From positions 1 through 60,358 of IMG/VR virus record IMGVR_UViG_3300042884_000410: a DNA stretch of 60,358 nt; one strand, given 5' to 3'. Position numbers and translations under genes: made by a program. This document shows, piece by piece, positions 26,178-35,785 of the stretch. Below the pieces are notes generated by a model. It was not told the DNA's origin, ran no database searches, and worked only from the letters and a program-made list of their open reading frames with translations. This stretch comes from a virus (taxonomy: Duplodnaviria > Caudoviricetes). Position 1 is the first letter of the stretch, and each line of letters begins with the position of its first letter.

Positions 26178-26455
26178 GCGTCTTCCTTCTTCTTCTTGCG
26201 GCGGAACGGAAGATCGTTGTCACCAAGATCGTCCTTCGTGACTTTTGGAGTCTTGGGCTTGCCGTTCTTGGCTTCCTTCAGATCAGCGAGGGCATCGGAC
26301 TTCTCTTCATCCTTGTCCGCATGTTCTTCCTTCTCCTCGTCTGTCTTCTTGCCGTAGGGGAGTTGATTACGCACAAGCCCATTCAGCATCTTGCGAAGCT
26401 GCTTAGGGGTGAGGTCATCCAGATCAAGACCGCTAATCGCTTGGTGGCTCATCAC
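26174..26455 (-). CDS. Small highly charged protein
   Basis: AGGAG RBS; K/E/D-rich. Confidence 0.75.
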   Translation of the reverse strand: MMSHQAISGLDLDDLTPKQLRKMLNGLVRNQLPYGKKTDEEKEEHADKDEEKSDALADLKEAKNGKPKTPKVTKDDLGDNDLPFRRKKKKEDA

Positions 26456-26460
26456 TACTC

Positions 26461-26922
26461 CTATGCAAGACCCTTACCCAACATGGCAAGACGCAGACGT
26501 TGCTGTGCCTGTTGGCGAGCGTATCGAACAGACGCTCGGTTGGTTTGTTGATTGAACTTGTATCCAAACATCGCATCGTTCGCGTCAGTCATCTGGCCAT
26601 AGTCGAAAGCCATAGCCCCTTGGCGAAGCATCTCGTTGTCGAATTTCGCCTGAGAGTTAAAGCCCTGGTCTTCCGCACGAACTGAGGCAGCACCCTTGGC
26701 CCCCTCGGCGGCACCGGCTGCCTCGGCCTGGGCGGCATACATCCGTTGGTTGGCACCAACGGAAAAGCCCTTGCCAGCGTTGGCCTGCAAGGCATCCCTG
26801 CCTGCGGTCTGCCCCTTCTGCAAGCCACTGGCATAGACGTTGTTCGCCATGTCCTCGGTAGCTGAGTCGGCAATCAGCCGGGGCGGCTTGATGCGGAACG
26901 GTGTGTTGCTTGCGCCTAGCAT
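26461..26922 (-). CDS. Putative internal virion protein (A/Q-rich)
   Basis: Helical A/Q/G-rich sequence, coupled ORF. Confidence 0.65.
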   Translation of the reverse strand: MLGASNTPFRIKPPRLIADSATEDMANNVYASGLQKGQTAGRDALQANAGKGFSVGANQRMYAAQAEAAGAAEGAKGAASVRAEDQGFNSQAKFDNEMLRQGAMAFDYGQMTDANDAMFGYKFNQQTNRASVRYARQQAQQRLRLAMLGKGLA

Positions 26923-26924
26923 GG

Positions 26925-27344
26925 TTACCCAATCATTCCGATGAGGCTGGTCTGCCAATCGCTCTGCAATCCGATCTGTTGCTCAAGCAGCTTGGCGGCG
27001 AGAGAGGACTGTTGGTTACGCTGCCCCATCAGTTGCTTGTAACGCCCCATCTGAGCCTGCCTCCATTGCTGGCCCATCTGCTCGCCTTGCTGTGCCTGCT
27101 TGTTGCCCATGTCCGCGTTGGCCTTCATGGAGTCCCGGTTCACCTGGGCGGCATTGGAGAAAGCCATACCCTTGGCGTAATCGCTGGCAGCCCGGTCCCC
27201 GGTAGCCGTCCCGGTTTTCGGAGTGAAGGCAGAAGACTCCTTGAGAAGCCCCTGGCGGATAGAGCCAGTGCTGATCCCCTGCCCATTGGTGGGCATCTTG
27301 GGGGCTGAATTCGGTGTGGGTGCTTGTGGGAGCGGCGACTTCAT
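26925..27344 (-). CDS. Putative internal virion protein (Q/M-rich)
   Basis: Composition and position. Confidence 0.65.
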   Translation of the reverse strand: MKSPLPQAPTPNSAPKMPTNGQGISTGSIRQGLLKESSAFTPKTGTATGDRAASDYAKGMAFSNAAQVNRDSMKANADMGNKQAQQGEQMGQQWRQAQMGRYKQLMGQRNQQSSLAAKLLEQQIGLQSDWQTSLIGMIG

Positions 27345-27347
27345 GGA

Positions 27348-27875
27348 TTAACCCAACAGTGAGCGGGCGAGTGGGCTGTTGCCGAAAGGGTGAGGGGTGA
27401 CCGTCCGGTTCCCCTGCCCGTCATATCGAAGAGTGCGGCCACCTATCCCTGCCATCCCCAAGAGAGAGCGATTACGGGCCTGACGGGCGGCATCTGAAGG
27501 GGCGGCAGAGTAGGCTTGTGATGCCGCACCCCGCTGTGAAGCACCTTGCTGCCGCAGCATTTCTAGCTGGTACTCATGTGCTTGCTTGCGGGCCTCTCGG
27601 GCCTGAGCCACCCGTGAGTCATGCTCTCTCTGCCAAGCATCCTGGGTGGACTTGTACATATCTGCCTGCATGGCAGCGTGTTCTTGAAACATATTCATGC
27701 TGTTCTGCGGCTTTCGGGAGGGGGCAGCCTGGGCAGCCTGCGGTCGAGGCTGGGCGGCTGGCTGCGGTGCCTCTTTCTCGTCTTCCTTCTCGTCATCCGC
27801 TGGCTTGGCGGGGGCAGGCTGCGCGTTGCCCCAGTTAAAGCTGCCAAGAACGGAGTTGGCCCAAGGGTTTTTCAT
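27348..27875 (-). CDS. Putative internal virion protein (Q/A-rich)
   Basis: Directly downstream of promoter motif 27881-27914. Confidence 0.65.
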   Translation of the reverse strand: MKNPWANSVLGSFNWGNAQPAPAKPADDEKEDEKEAPQPAAQPRPQAAQAAPSRKPQNSMNMFQEHAAMQADMYKSTQDAWQREHDSRVAQAREARKQAHEYQLEMLRQQGASQRGAASQAYSAAPSDAARQARNRSLLGMAGIGGRTLRYDGQGNRTVTPHPFGNSPLARSLLG

Positions 27876-27880
27876 CACCT

Positions 27881-27914
27881 TATTTATGTCCCGCTCGCAT
27901 CAAACTGAAACGCT
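27881..27914 (-). promoter_or_regulatory. Putative late promoter, class A copy 1
   Basis: AGCGT-N16-CGGGACATAAATA. Confidence 0.75.
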
Positions 27915-28325
27915 ACTTTGGGCTTTTCTCTCAGCCAGCGTAACCGCAGCCATAACCAAGGCCCTCCCGGCCATGCGGACAAACGGCAGGCCCCGCTTCT
28001 TGGACTCCTCTGCCAGCCAATCGACCACGGTTTCGATGTTGTCCCGGGTCCATTGGCAGCCCATCTTGTCCATGTGGGCAGCCTTGGCGTTACAGCTACA
28101 GTTTGGGGTAGCCGTAATCCCAATCCTCTTGAGCAAGCCCTTGAGTTGGGTGCCTGCCAGACAAGGCGGCAGCTTGGGGCCAATGGCATGGGGGTAGCTG
28201 GCGTGAGTCTCGTCTATGACCCACAAGTCCCCTTTCTGCTTGACTACACAGGGCATGACTTCTTCAAGGGTGTAGCCCCGCTCTTGGCATCTGGCTATCA
28301 GGTTGTCTTTGTGGCAGGTAATCAT
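27900..28325 (-). CDS. Cys-containing hypothetical protein
   Basis: RCQERGYTLEEVMPC; GTQLK.LL..IGI...NCSCN..A..MD..G..W. Confidence 0.8.
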   Translation of the reverse strand: MITCHKDNLIARCQERGYTLEEVMPCVVKQKGDLWVIDETHASYPHAIGPKLPPCLAGTQLKGLLKRIGITATPNCSCNAKAAHMDKMGCQWTRDNIETVVDWLAEESKKRGLPFVRMAGRALVMAAVTLAERKAQSSVSV

Positions 28326-29206
28326 GGGAGGGGGTTCTCTCTTGTGCCACCAAACTCAACCCGGCAAGTGCTTTGGCGGTCAAAGGCAATGTTTCTGGGA
28401 GTTAGGAGCGTTAGGTCTGGGGCGGGGGCCGTGGTGCGCAGTGCCCCAAAAGTCCACCCCGAAGCAAAGGGCGGCAGCGGCTCAGAGTTGCCTCGACTGA
28501 ATATGGCACTTACGCACTGCGAGGAGGTTATCTGAATCTGCGCCCAGTTGCATGACTCAAAGGACTCCGTGCCGCGATAAAGATATACCTTGTGTGCGGA
28601 CCACCCGTCAGGAAGAGACAACTCACCAATCCAAGTAATAGGCTCGGCTGGCACCGGGTCTTTCAGGGTCAGATTTACCGTCTGATTAAAGAAGGCCGCA
28701 TACCCTGTTTGCCCTCCCACGCAGGGTGGCTTGAAAGCTCGGTCAATGAATCCACACAGGTTGACAGTAGCGGTCCTTGGGACAGGAACCCCGCAGGAAA
28801 CTGGCGGTGGCGGCTCGCACACCACGCCTTCGGGAGGGCTGGAGCCCGTGTAGCCGCCCTGCTCGGAACAATCTTTGGCGTAAGCTGGCTTGTTGACCCA
28901 CACCCCGTCCTCGCAGAACCAGCAATCACATAGGGGATTGGGGTTGGCCGCATACCATTGATTGCAGGCCGACTCGCTCTTGCAGTCGTATGGAAACCCA
29001 TTGCAAACGTCAGGGTCATCTGGGTCTAGCAAGAGTGTTGGGCGACAGTTTCCTGTAGAGCAAGGGTCGGGTGGCCTCCAGATGCAGAGCCCGAATAGGC
29101 AGGGGTCACCAGTGGGACAGCACTTACAGCTTGCGGGGTCAGAGGACTTAACCAGCTTCCCGTTCTGCTTGACCAGCTTGCCTTCTTTTTTCAGGAACTT
29201 GCTCAT
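28322..29206 (-). CDS. Cys-rich putative tail-associated protein
   Basis: Dense Cys (CKCC, CDCWFC) after repeated GKLVK. Confidence 0.7.
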   Translation of the reverse strand: MSKFLKKEGKLVKQNGKLVKSSDPASCKCCPTGDPCLFGLCIWRPPDPCSTGNCRPTLLLDPDDPDVCNGFPYDCKSESACNQWYAANPNPLCDCWFCEDGVWVNKPAYAKDCSEQGGYTGSSPPEGVVCEPPPPVSCGVPVPRTATVNLCGFIDRAFKPPCVGGQTGYAAFFNQTVNLTLKDPVPAEPITWIGELSLPDGWSAHKVYLYRGTESFESCNWAQIQITSSQCVSAIFSRGNSEPLPPFASGWTFGALRTTAPAPDLTLLTPRNIAFDRQSTCRVEFGGTRENPLP

Positions 29207-29853
29207 GAGTCTGGGCAGTCCACCGTGTCCTCAAGCATCTTTTCGATCTTGTCCAGCCGCCCTCTGATCTCTTTGAGCATTCGGGCTTGAGAGTCCACGA
29301 CAGCGCAGAGAGACTGGCCGTTGAGCATTCCCGTGCCGCCATACCCGGGGCAGCACTTGGGGTTGCACTTATCACACCCCTCGCAGCCGCCCCCCGTCTT
29401 AATCCCGCAATCATTGAGCTTTTTCTTCAGTGAATCGCAGGGAACTCTGCCTAGGTCTACGCCACTACCACCGCCGACAACCGTAGTGCTGTAATCATAG
29501 AATGTGTTGTAGTTGTCGCTGCTACCGTCTTGGCCGTCTTGGCCAGCGGCTCCAGTGGCACCCCTCGCCCAAGCACTTAGACCATCCTTGCCTGCCCTAC
29601 CAGCGAGTCCCGGCTTGCGATCCTCTTCAGGGGCACCAAAGCGGTTCCTGAAGGCAGCACCTTCGCTGTTGGCCCGGGAGATGTTGTCGAGGTTGGTGGA
29701 CGAGTTATCGCCGCCGCCACCGTTTGCACGGTAGTCATAGTACAGAGACAATGCCGATGACAGACGGGCGGCTATGTCCTGTGCATGACCCGGAGGAATG
29801 CCTGTCTGGGTAAGCAGACCTTGGATTTCGTTGATAGCTTTTTCGTAGGACAC
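29203..29853 (-). CDS. Tail-associated protein with short collagen, Cys cluster and coiled coil
   Basis: G-X-Y stretch, CEGCDKCNPKCC, C-terminal heptads. Confidence 0.65.
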   Translation of the reverse strand: MSYEKAINEIQGLLTQTGIPPGHAQDIAARLSSALSLYYDYRANGGGGDNSSTNLDNISRANSEGAAFRNRFGAPEEDRKPGLAGRAGKDGLSAWARGATGAAGQDGQDGSSDNYNTFYDYSTTVVGGGSGVDLGRVPCDSLKKKLNDCGIKTGGGCEGCDKCNPKCCPGYGGTGMLNGQSLCAVVDSQARMLKEIRGRLDKIEKMLEDTVDCPDS

Positions 29854-32756
29854 TACTCGCTCCCGGCGGCTGCAACTCCATCTAAATCTACAGAGTGGAT
29901 TACAACGGGGCCAGAGTTGCTTTGCTGCCCATGTAGGCGAACAGATACATGGGAGTCATTGCCATAGAAAGCCTCTATGGTCTTGCCCGCAAACAGGGCT
30001 CTGGCAATGCCGTGCGACTCAGCCTCTTGGTGGGGCAGCTTGACCATGTTGACAAAGGCTTCCGGTGCCTCCATGTCATGGATGAACCCCACCCCGCGAT
30101 CCCTCATGGCTACGTTGCCTCGGGGGGTGTTGCTGCCGTTGTAAAAGTTGGACAGTTTCAGCAAGGAATCGGAGTCAGTTGGCCGATAGACCACGGCGAC
30201 ATTGCGGGAGTTTTGCTGACCACCGTTCTTGGCAGTGGAATCGGTGATGAACTCCATGTTCCCGGTGCGGAATGCGTAATCCACGGGGGTGCCATCGTCC
30301 GTAAGACCATCGGCAAACAAGTGGAGGTTCGACTCGCTGGCAGTGATGGCTTGGATAGAGCCATCTTCCATCCGCGCCTCGGTGGCGGCACTGAAAACGT
30401 AGGGGTACTTCTCCTGCCAGTAGGTCTTGGAGTCGGGGTCATAGACAATCTGGCGGGATGGGTAGATGCCCTCGTCCCCGTTGAATGAAACGTGGATGCG
30501 GATGACCCCCAAGTTCTTGTCGGCCCTCACGAAGAACCATTCCCGCTTGCTGAAATCAATGGTGTCCACGGTCGGATCGGGACTGGTGCGGAACAAGCTG
30601 GCAATGTTGTCCGATATGTCCTCGACCTGACCCTGAGGATCAAGCGTGTAGAAGCCGTTGTCATCCAAGAGGTAGCCAGTACCCATCCAGATGTCCCAGC
30701 ACCTCTGATTCAGGCAGCCTCGGTAGGCAACCAGCGAGGTGGTGGCATCCATCTCGGGACGGGAGACAAAGTTCAGCCGGTTGATGTGCCTCGACTGGCA
30801 GACCATCAGGGCTCCCGCGTAGGGTATCAGTGCCGTGATGTAGTCCGTATCGCGGACGTTGGTCTGTAGCGGTAGCTCGTTGGTTTCGGGGACAGCCTCG
30901 GGCTTGTCGGCCTCGGAGAACAGCAAGGTATTGGGGCGTTTCCCTGTGGTATCTACTCCAAGGAAAGTGCGGTCCTGAAACACCACCCCCACCGCGAAGT
31001 CCGCGCTGGCGATCCCGTACTTGTTCATATTCAGGCTGCCGTCTGAGTAGAGAATAGGCTGGGTTTCGTAGCCTTCTCTCTTGGTGTCCTGCACTAGGTC
31101 GGCATCTGACAGAAGGTCTTCGTAGGTGGTGGTCGAGGCAGGCAGCTTGACAACCCTGAATAGCTGGGTGGCCTGATTGCTACTGGACCGCCAAAGCTCT
31201 ACATGAGTGGCAGTTGCTGGAGGGGTGCCCGGTAGCGTCCATGTGAGCTTCTTCGCCACATCACCGCAGTCCACTTCATTGACGGGACTGAGGTTTGAGT
31301 AGATCGGTCCACCGCTCTCCTTGCTCACGCTCTCGTCTGCGTATCTGTAGTAACACTGATATTTGCCCCGGAAGTGGGCCCTGACGATAGCCAGCCCCCT
31401 AGCACCACCAACGTCCCCGTCCTCGTTTACCAGCTTGGGAGGAAAGAGGTAGAGTTTTTCTGGCTCCGCAAGGATCAGCTTGGTGACCTTGCCGTCACAA
31501 TCGACCTCGGTGTTGATGATGTCGCCACCCTCAGTTGTGAAGACTGGCGGGGTCAGGTATCCAGAGCCACCGTTGGCTACCTTGGTCTTAATCCTTCTCT
31601 GCTTGTATGGGTTTGCCTCAATGATCGAAGTAAGATCAGGCGCAGTGGGGCCATACCGGGTGACACCCTCCGCTTTTAGCTGGCATTGCTGATAGGTATT
31701 GCAGTCTGGGCCGGTTTGGCCAAAACTACTCGTCCAACTGTTTGCCACATGAATCTGCGCAGTGACAACATCCCCTGCTTTGTAGCCTGAGCCAAAGTTA
31801 TAAGCCTGAACGCGAACACCAAAGTCGCTCAGTTCCGTGCCGTCTGCGTTCTGGTCGAGGCAGTTGCCGTTGTATAGGCCACCGTCAAGCCAGAAAATAG
31901 CACTGGCACCACTGCCAGAACCACCCGTTGCGTTGACAATGATGCCCTGCCCCTCGCGGGCGTAGGTAGACAGGCAGAGCCAGAACCAAGTGGGTAGCTC
32001 GGATATTTCCCAGTAGACGATGCCGGTGTCTTGATCACCTATTCCATGACCATCTTCTAGCTCAATGCTGGCTGATGCGCCCGTTCCAGTAGCTGGTCCG
32101 TTGGGTGTGTCAGTGAAAGTGACACAGGGTACTTTTTCGTAACCAGAGCCATTGCTGACCATCTCAGTTTCTGACACTCGCGCGTCAGAGATGCGAGAGA
32201 GTGCCGTAGCCTGCTTGCCACCAGCGGGAGGAGCGGCAATGCTGACAGCCGGGGGAAGGTTGTATCCGTTGCCAGCATCGATGATGTCTACGCGGGCAAC
32301 GTAGTAGCTGGCAGTGGTGTCGATGGTGATTTCGGGCTTGTCCTTTGGGGCATCCAAGCCAACTGGTCGAACAGTCCCCGATGAGTCTCGCACCAGTCCA
32401 CGCTTGCCGTAGCCTTGATAGATGTAGACCTCACCACGGCGACCTTGGGAGAAGGCCACTGGGTGATCTCCGGTGAACTGACCAGCCAGCTTGGTGGTTT
32501 CGATGCCCTCATCGAACTGCACGATGTCCCCGTTTTCGCCCTGACCAAGAATGATGTCGGTCTTGGCGGTGCCGGTGGACAGCCCCCATAGCTCGACCAT
32601 CCGCTTGCTGGTGGGGATGATTTTCTTTGAGCCGCCGCGAACGGCAATCTGGCCGGGGGTCAGGCAGGTGAAGTTGACCTGCTCGACAGCACCACCCGGG
32701 GGCAGGATGTACCGGGAGAATGCCGGGGCCCAGCCCTTGAACTTGTTTATCTTCAT
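29853..32756 (-). CDS. Tail tubular/stabilisation protein (podovirus gp10/nozzle-like)
   Basis: ~967 aa beta-rich; follows adaptor gene; inserted GSGY..P repeats. Confidence 0.65.
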   Translation of the reverse strand: MKINKFKGWAPAFSRYILPPGGAVEQVNFTCLTPGQIAVRGGSKKIIPTSKRMVELWGLSTGTAKTDIILGQGENGDIVQFDEGIETTKLAGQFTGDHPVAFSQGRRGEVYIYQGYGKRGLVRDSSGTVRPVGLDAPKDKPEITIDTTASYYVARVDIIDAGNGYNLPPAVSIAAPPAGGKQATALSRISDARVSETEMVSNGSGYEKVPCVTFTDTPNGPATGTGASASIELEDGHGIGDQDTGIVYWEISELPTWFWLCLSTYAREGQGIIVNATGGSGSGASAIFWLDGGLYNGNCLDQNADGTELSDFGVRVQAYNFGSGYKAGDVVTAQIHVANSWTSSFGQTGPDCNTYQQCQLKAEGVTRYGPTAPDLTSIIEANPYKQRRIKTKVANGGSGYLTPPVFTTEGGDIINTEVDCDGKVTKLILAEPEKLYLFPPKLVNEDGDVGGARGLAIVRAHFRGKYQCYYRYADESVSKESGGPIYSNLSPVNEVDCGDVAKKLTWTLPGTPPATATHVELWRSSSNQATQLFRVVKLPASTTTYEDLLSDADLVQDTKREGYETQPILYSDGSLNMNKYGIASADFAVGVVFQDRTFLGVDTTGKRPNTLLFSEADKPEAVPETNELPLQTNVRDTDYITALIPYAGALMVCQSRHINRLNFVSRPEMDATTSLVAYRGCLNQRCWDIWMGTGYLLDDNGFYTLDPQGQVEDISDNIASLFRTSPDPTVDTIDFSKREWFFVRADKNLGVIRIHVSFNGDEGIYPSRQIVYDPDSKTYWQEKYPYVFSAATEARMEDGSIQAITASESNLHLFADGLTDDGTPVDYAFRTGNMEFITDSTAKNGGQQNSRNVAVVYRPTDSDSLLKLSNFYNGSNTPRGNVAMRDRGVGFIHDMEAPEAFVNMVKLPHQEAESHGIARALFAGKTIEAFYGNDSHVSVRLHGQQSNSGPVVIHSVDLDGVAAAGSE

Positions 32757-33826
32757 GCGATGGGATTCCCGCAACTGTCATAGACCGTATCGGAGGTGCC
32801 GCCGTTGACCTCACCTTCGGGGATACAGCACACACCTTCCGCGTTGGGCCCGCCGGTCGTGCAGCACTCGGTCCCCTGATCCACACCCGGTCGGAGATAC
32901 CAGAGCGCGTAGTAGCCGCCACCACCAGCTTGGCCACCATTGTGGTTTCGCTGACCAGAGAGAACGGCAATGGCATCGCTCTCAAATGCCATCCTGAGGT
33001 CACGCCCGTAGACTCCAGTCGCACCCTCAATGTTCTTCCCAGTCATCCTCGCCATCCAGACTTCCGCTCCACTCAGGAGGGCCGTGTACATCCCGGGCGA
33101 GATGTCCAGATAGTCGGTGATTACGAACTTAGTGCCCTCTGGATAAGCCATCGCTCCAGCCGGGGAGTGGGCATACAGCTTGCCCGTGTTGGCAACACCG
33201 TAGATAAGCCCCTCGTCCGCGTAGGCATTCATGCCAGTCAGAGATTCAGGATGCTTCTTGGGGTCAGCACTCACTCGGATGACGCTGCCAACCATCAGAT
33301 TGGTGAAGGTAGTGCCTGAGCCATAAGCCTCTTGGCCGGTCCAAGAAATCGTTCCGTTTCGGGTCTGCGGCTCCCAGCCCGTGAACCGGAGGTCACGGGG
33401 GCGGCGACGGTAGGTGACCGACACACAGCTATCAGATGCCCAACCGTTGTAGACAATGAGGTCATAGCGGTCAGGAACCTGAGTGGAAGGGGCGACCGTC
33501 CAAGCAATGCGGGCAAACCCCCGGAACTGCAAATGAATCAGACGGTTGAACTCGGTAGGGCTCAGGTACTCAGCGATCACGCCAGTCTGGGGCAAAATGA
33601 ACGAATCTACGGAAGTCACGCCCCACGGCAGGGTATGCCTGGAGATGGTGTCCTGCCCGCAGATGTCGATCATCTCCTCGGCCTGATACCACCTCCAGTC
33701 ACGCACAGACACAAGGTCCCGGTAGGCAGAGAACAGAGCCTGCCTCAGGACACGATTCTCCTGATCCTGTGCGCCGCCCCCGGTGGAGTCCATGAGGTAG
33801 CTGATTGCGTCAAAAGCTGTGTACAC
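32753..33826 (-). CDS. Head-tail adaptor protein (putative)
   Basis: Helical N-terminus AYRDL....DWRWY; position. Confidence 0.6.
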   Translation of the reverse strand: MYTAFDAISYLMDSTGGGAQDQENRVLRQALFSAYRDLVSVRDWRWYQAEEMIDICGQDTISRHTLPWGVTSVDSFILPQTGVIAEYLSPTEFNRLIHLQFRGFARIAWTVAPSTQVPDRYDLIVYNGWASDSCVSVTYRRRPRDLRFTGWEPQTRNGTISWTGQEAYGSGTTFTNLMVGSVIRVSADPKKHPESLTGMNAYADEGLIYGVANTGKLYAHSPAGAMAYPEGTKFVITDYLDISPGMYTALLSGAEVWMARMTGKNIEGATGVYGRDLRMAFESDAIAVLSGQRNHNGGQAGGGGYYALWYLRPGVDQGTECCTTGGPNAEGVCCIPEGEVNGGTSDTVYDSCGNPIA

Positions 33827-33833
33827 AAATCAC

Positions 33834-35417
33834 CTACTTGGAGTAGAGGGATACGCCCGTGGAACTGGTCATGAGGAACTGGCCGTTGCCATAAGCCACG
33901 CTTGTCCAGTTGGCAGACCTAGGCAGGGTCACCTTCGTCCAGTTGATGCCGTCTGAAGAGATGGCTGAGATTGCGGATGGGCCACCAACTGCAACCCAAG
34001 TCCCATTGCCAAACGCAACTCCCGTCCAGTTCAGCGTTGCAGGCATACTGACAACTGCCCAGTTGATGCCGTCAGTGCTGGTGACCGCATTGGCACCGTC
34101 GCACACTGCCACGAACCGGCCATTCCCGTAGGTAACGTCGTTCCAGACCGCAGCGAACGGGAGGGTTGTCCCTACCCAGCCCTTTGCGTCTGCCGCACGA
34201 ATGCACTTATTGGTGGTGGCCCGCGTGACTGTGGCTAAAGAGTTCCTGAAGTAACCCGCGCCGACAGCCACAGACAGTGTGGTGCTGTTTGCCACCCCGT
34301 TGACATAAGCAAGATCGTACTGCGTGTTGGGTGTGGTGGTTGCGATGAGCCCAGATACCGCACCCTTTGCCCACGACAATCCGTCCGCTGAGTAGTAAGG
34401 CACCACATTGTCTTCAATTACGGAGAAGGCTGGCTTTGCAAAAGAAAAGAACTGGCCGTTCAGGTATGAACTCCACTTTGTCCCCAAATAAGAAACTGGC
34501 AATGGGGATCGGAGAGTCCAGTTGATGCCGTCTGGGCTTGTGCATGGGGTCACGCCGTTTATGCCTGACCATGTGCCTTTACCGAAAGCGGGCACTGTCT
34601 CAAGGGTGCTGATTCCGGTCCATGTCAGGCCATCGACAGAAAAGCCGCCGCCAAGACCTGAGAATTGATCTTCGTAGAACTGGATCAGCGACGGTGCCTT
34701 ACTGAAGCCATCTCGCCATGTCGAGCCCGGGATGCTTGGCTTAACAGTCAGGTCGGACAACAGGGAGTAGGCAGGCCCCAAGGTGGCCGTGCTGGCCTTG
34801 CATCGGTAGGTCTTGCCGTTGTCAGCAAGGACTGCCTTGAACTTGAGAGACTGGCCGGGTGCCACATCTGTCCAATTAGCCCCGCCGTCTGTGGTCATCT
34901 GCCACATATAGACGATGGGAGTCTCGGTGGACTGAGCATTGGCATAAAGGCTGACATCATCACCAACGTAGACACTCTGGTCTGACGGAGAAGACACGAA
35001 AGTGAGGGTGTCGGTGCCGCCGCCGCCACTGCTTGGCAGGACTAGGTTCAGGGTCTGGGTGGGTGGTGTGCCCGTGATGGTTGCCAGCGGGACCGGGCCT
35101 GTGGTCACAGAGCCAATGACCAATGAGTACAAGGGAGCCGCAGGGCCAACAGCACCAGCGGGGCCAGCGGGGCCAGCCTCGCCCGGGGGGCCAGCTACAC
35201 CGGGCTCGGCCTGATAGGGCAAGTCCATGTAGGTGCTAGTGCCGTCACCGATCTTCCACTTGCCGGTGTCGGACTCATAGGCAGTCGCCCCCGCACTAAG
35301 CACGGGGTTAGATATGAACCACTCCGAAGAGGTCTTGGAGGGCATAGCAAACGGAGATGGAGAGCCGCAGCCGCAGCCAGAGGTAGTGCCGGTGCAGGTG
35401 CTTGGTACAAAGCTCAT
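33834..35417 (-). CDS. Fibre/spike protein: Mtd-type N-terminus, collagen, Ig-like domain, propeller repeats
   Basis: NPVL.AG..AYESDTGKWKIGDG; G-X-Y; PSDQSV..YMWQ..YRC; repeated SxDGINW / V.YGNG.FVAV. Confidence 0.8.
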   Translation of the reverse strand: MSFVPSTCTGTTSGCGCGSPSPFAMPSKTSSEWFISNPVLSAGATAYESDTGKWKIGDGTSTYMDLPYQAEPGVAGPPGEAGPAGPAGAVGPAAPLYSLVIGSVTTGPVPLATITGTPPTQTLNLVLPSSGGGGTDTLTFVSSPSDQSVYVGDDVSLYANAQSTETPIVYMWQMTTDGGANWTDVAPGQSLKFKAVLADNGKTYRCKASTATLGPAYSLLSDLTVKPSIPGSTWRDGFSKAPSLIQFYEDQFSGLGGGFSVDGLTWTGISTLETVPAFGKGTWSGINGVTPCTSPDGINWTLRSPLPVSYLGTKWSSYLNGQFFSFAKPAFSVIEDNVVPYYSADGLSWAKGAVSGLIATTTPNTQYDLAYVNGVANSTTLSVAVGAGYFRNSLATVTRATTNKCIRAADAKGWVGTTLPFAAVWNDVTYGNGRFVAVCDGANAVTSTDGINWAVVSMPATLNWTGVAFGNGTWVAVGGPSAISAISSDGINWTKVTLPRSANWTSVAYGNGQFLMTSSTGVSLYSK

Positions 35418-35689
35418 TGTTGCTCCTCAGTTGTCAGTGCCGCCCGGTACGCATCACACTCTGCCTTGACTGCCGCCAGTGCCGCATCTTGCTCGGCAGC
35501 GAGAGAAGCCTCATCGGCTCGGAGTTGATCCATCTCTGCCAGAACTTGCGCTTGCTTGTCCTGTGCGGCTTTGTCCTGTGCCTGCAACTCGGCCTGCATC
35601 TCGGCCTGCCGCTTGGCCTGTTCGGCTGCGGCCATGTCGATGACAGGTTCGGCTACGGTTTCGGTCACTACTTCGTTTTCAGTTGTCAT
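35414..35689 (-). CDS. Small coiled-coil protein
   Basis: A/Q/E-rich heptads. Confidence 0.7.
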   Translation of the reverse strand: MTTENEVVTETVAEPVIDMAAAEQAKRQAEMQAELQAQDKAAQDKQAQVLAEMDQLRADEASLAAEQDAALAAVKAECDAYRAALTTEEQQ

Positions 35690-35785
35690 GGCTAACCCTA
35701 GAGAGCTGTTAGTGCTGCTTTTTCCAGCTACCACTGGCGACACAGATATAAAGAAAGTTGGCATCCCACTTCATGTCGCCCACAT

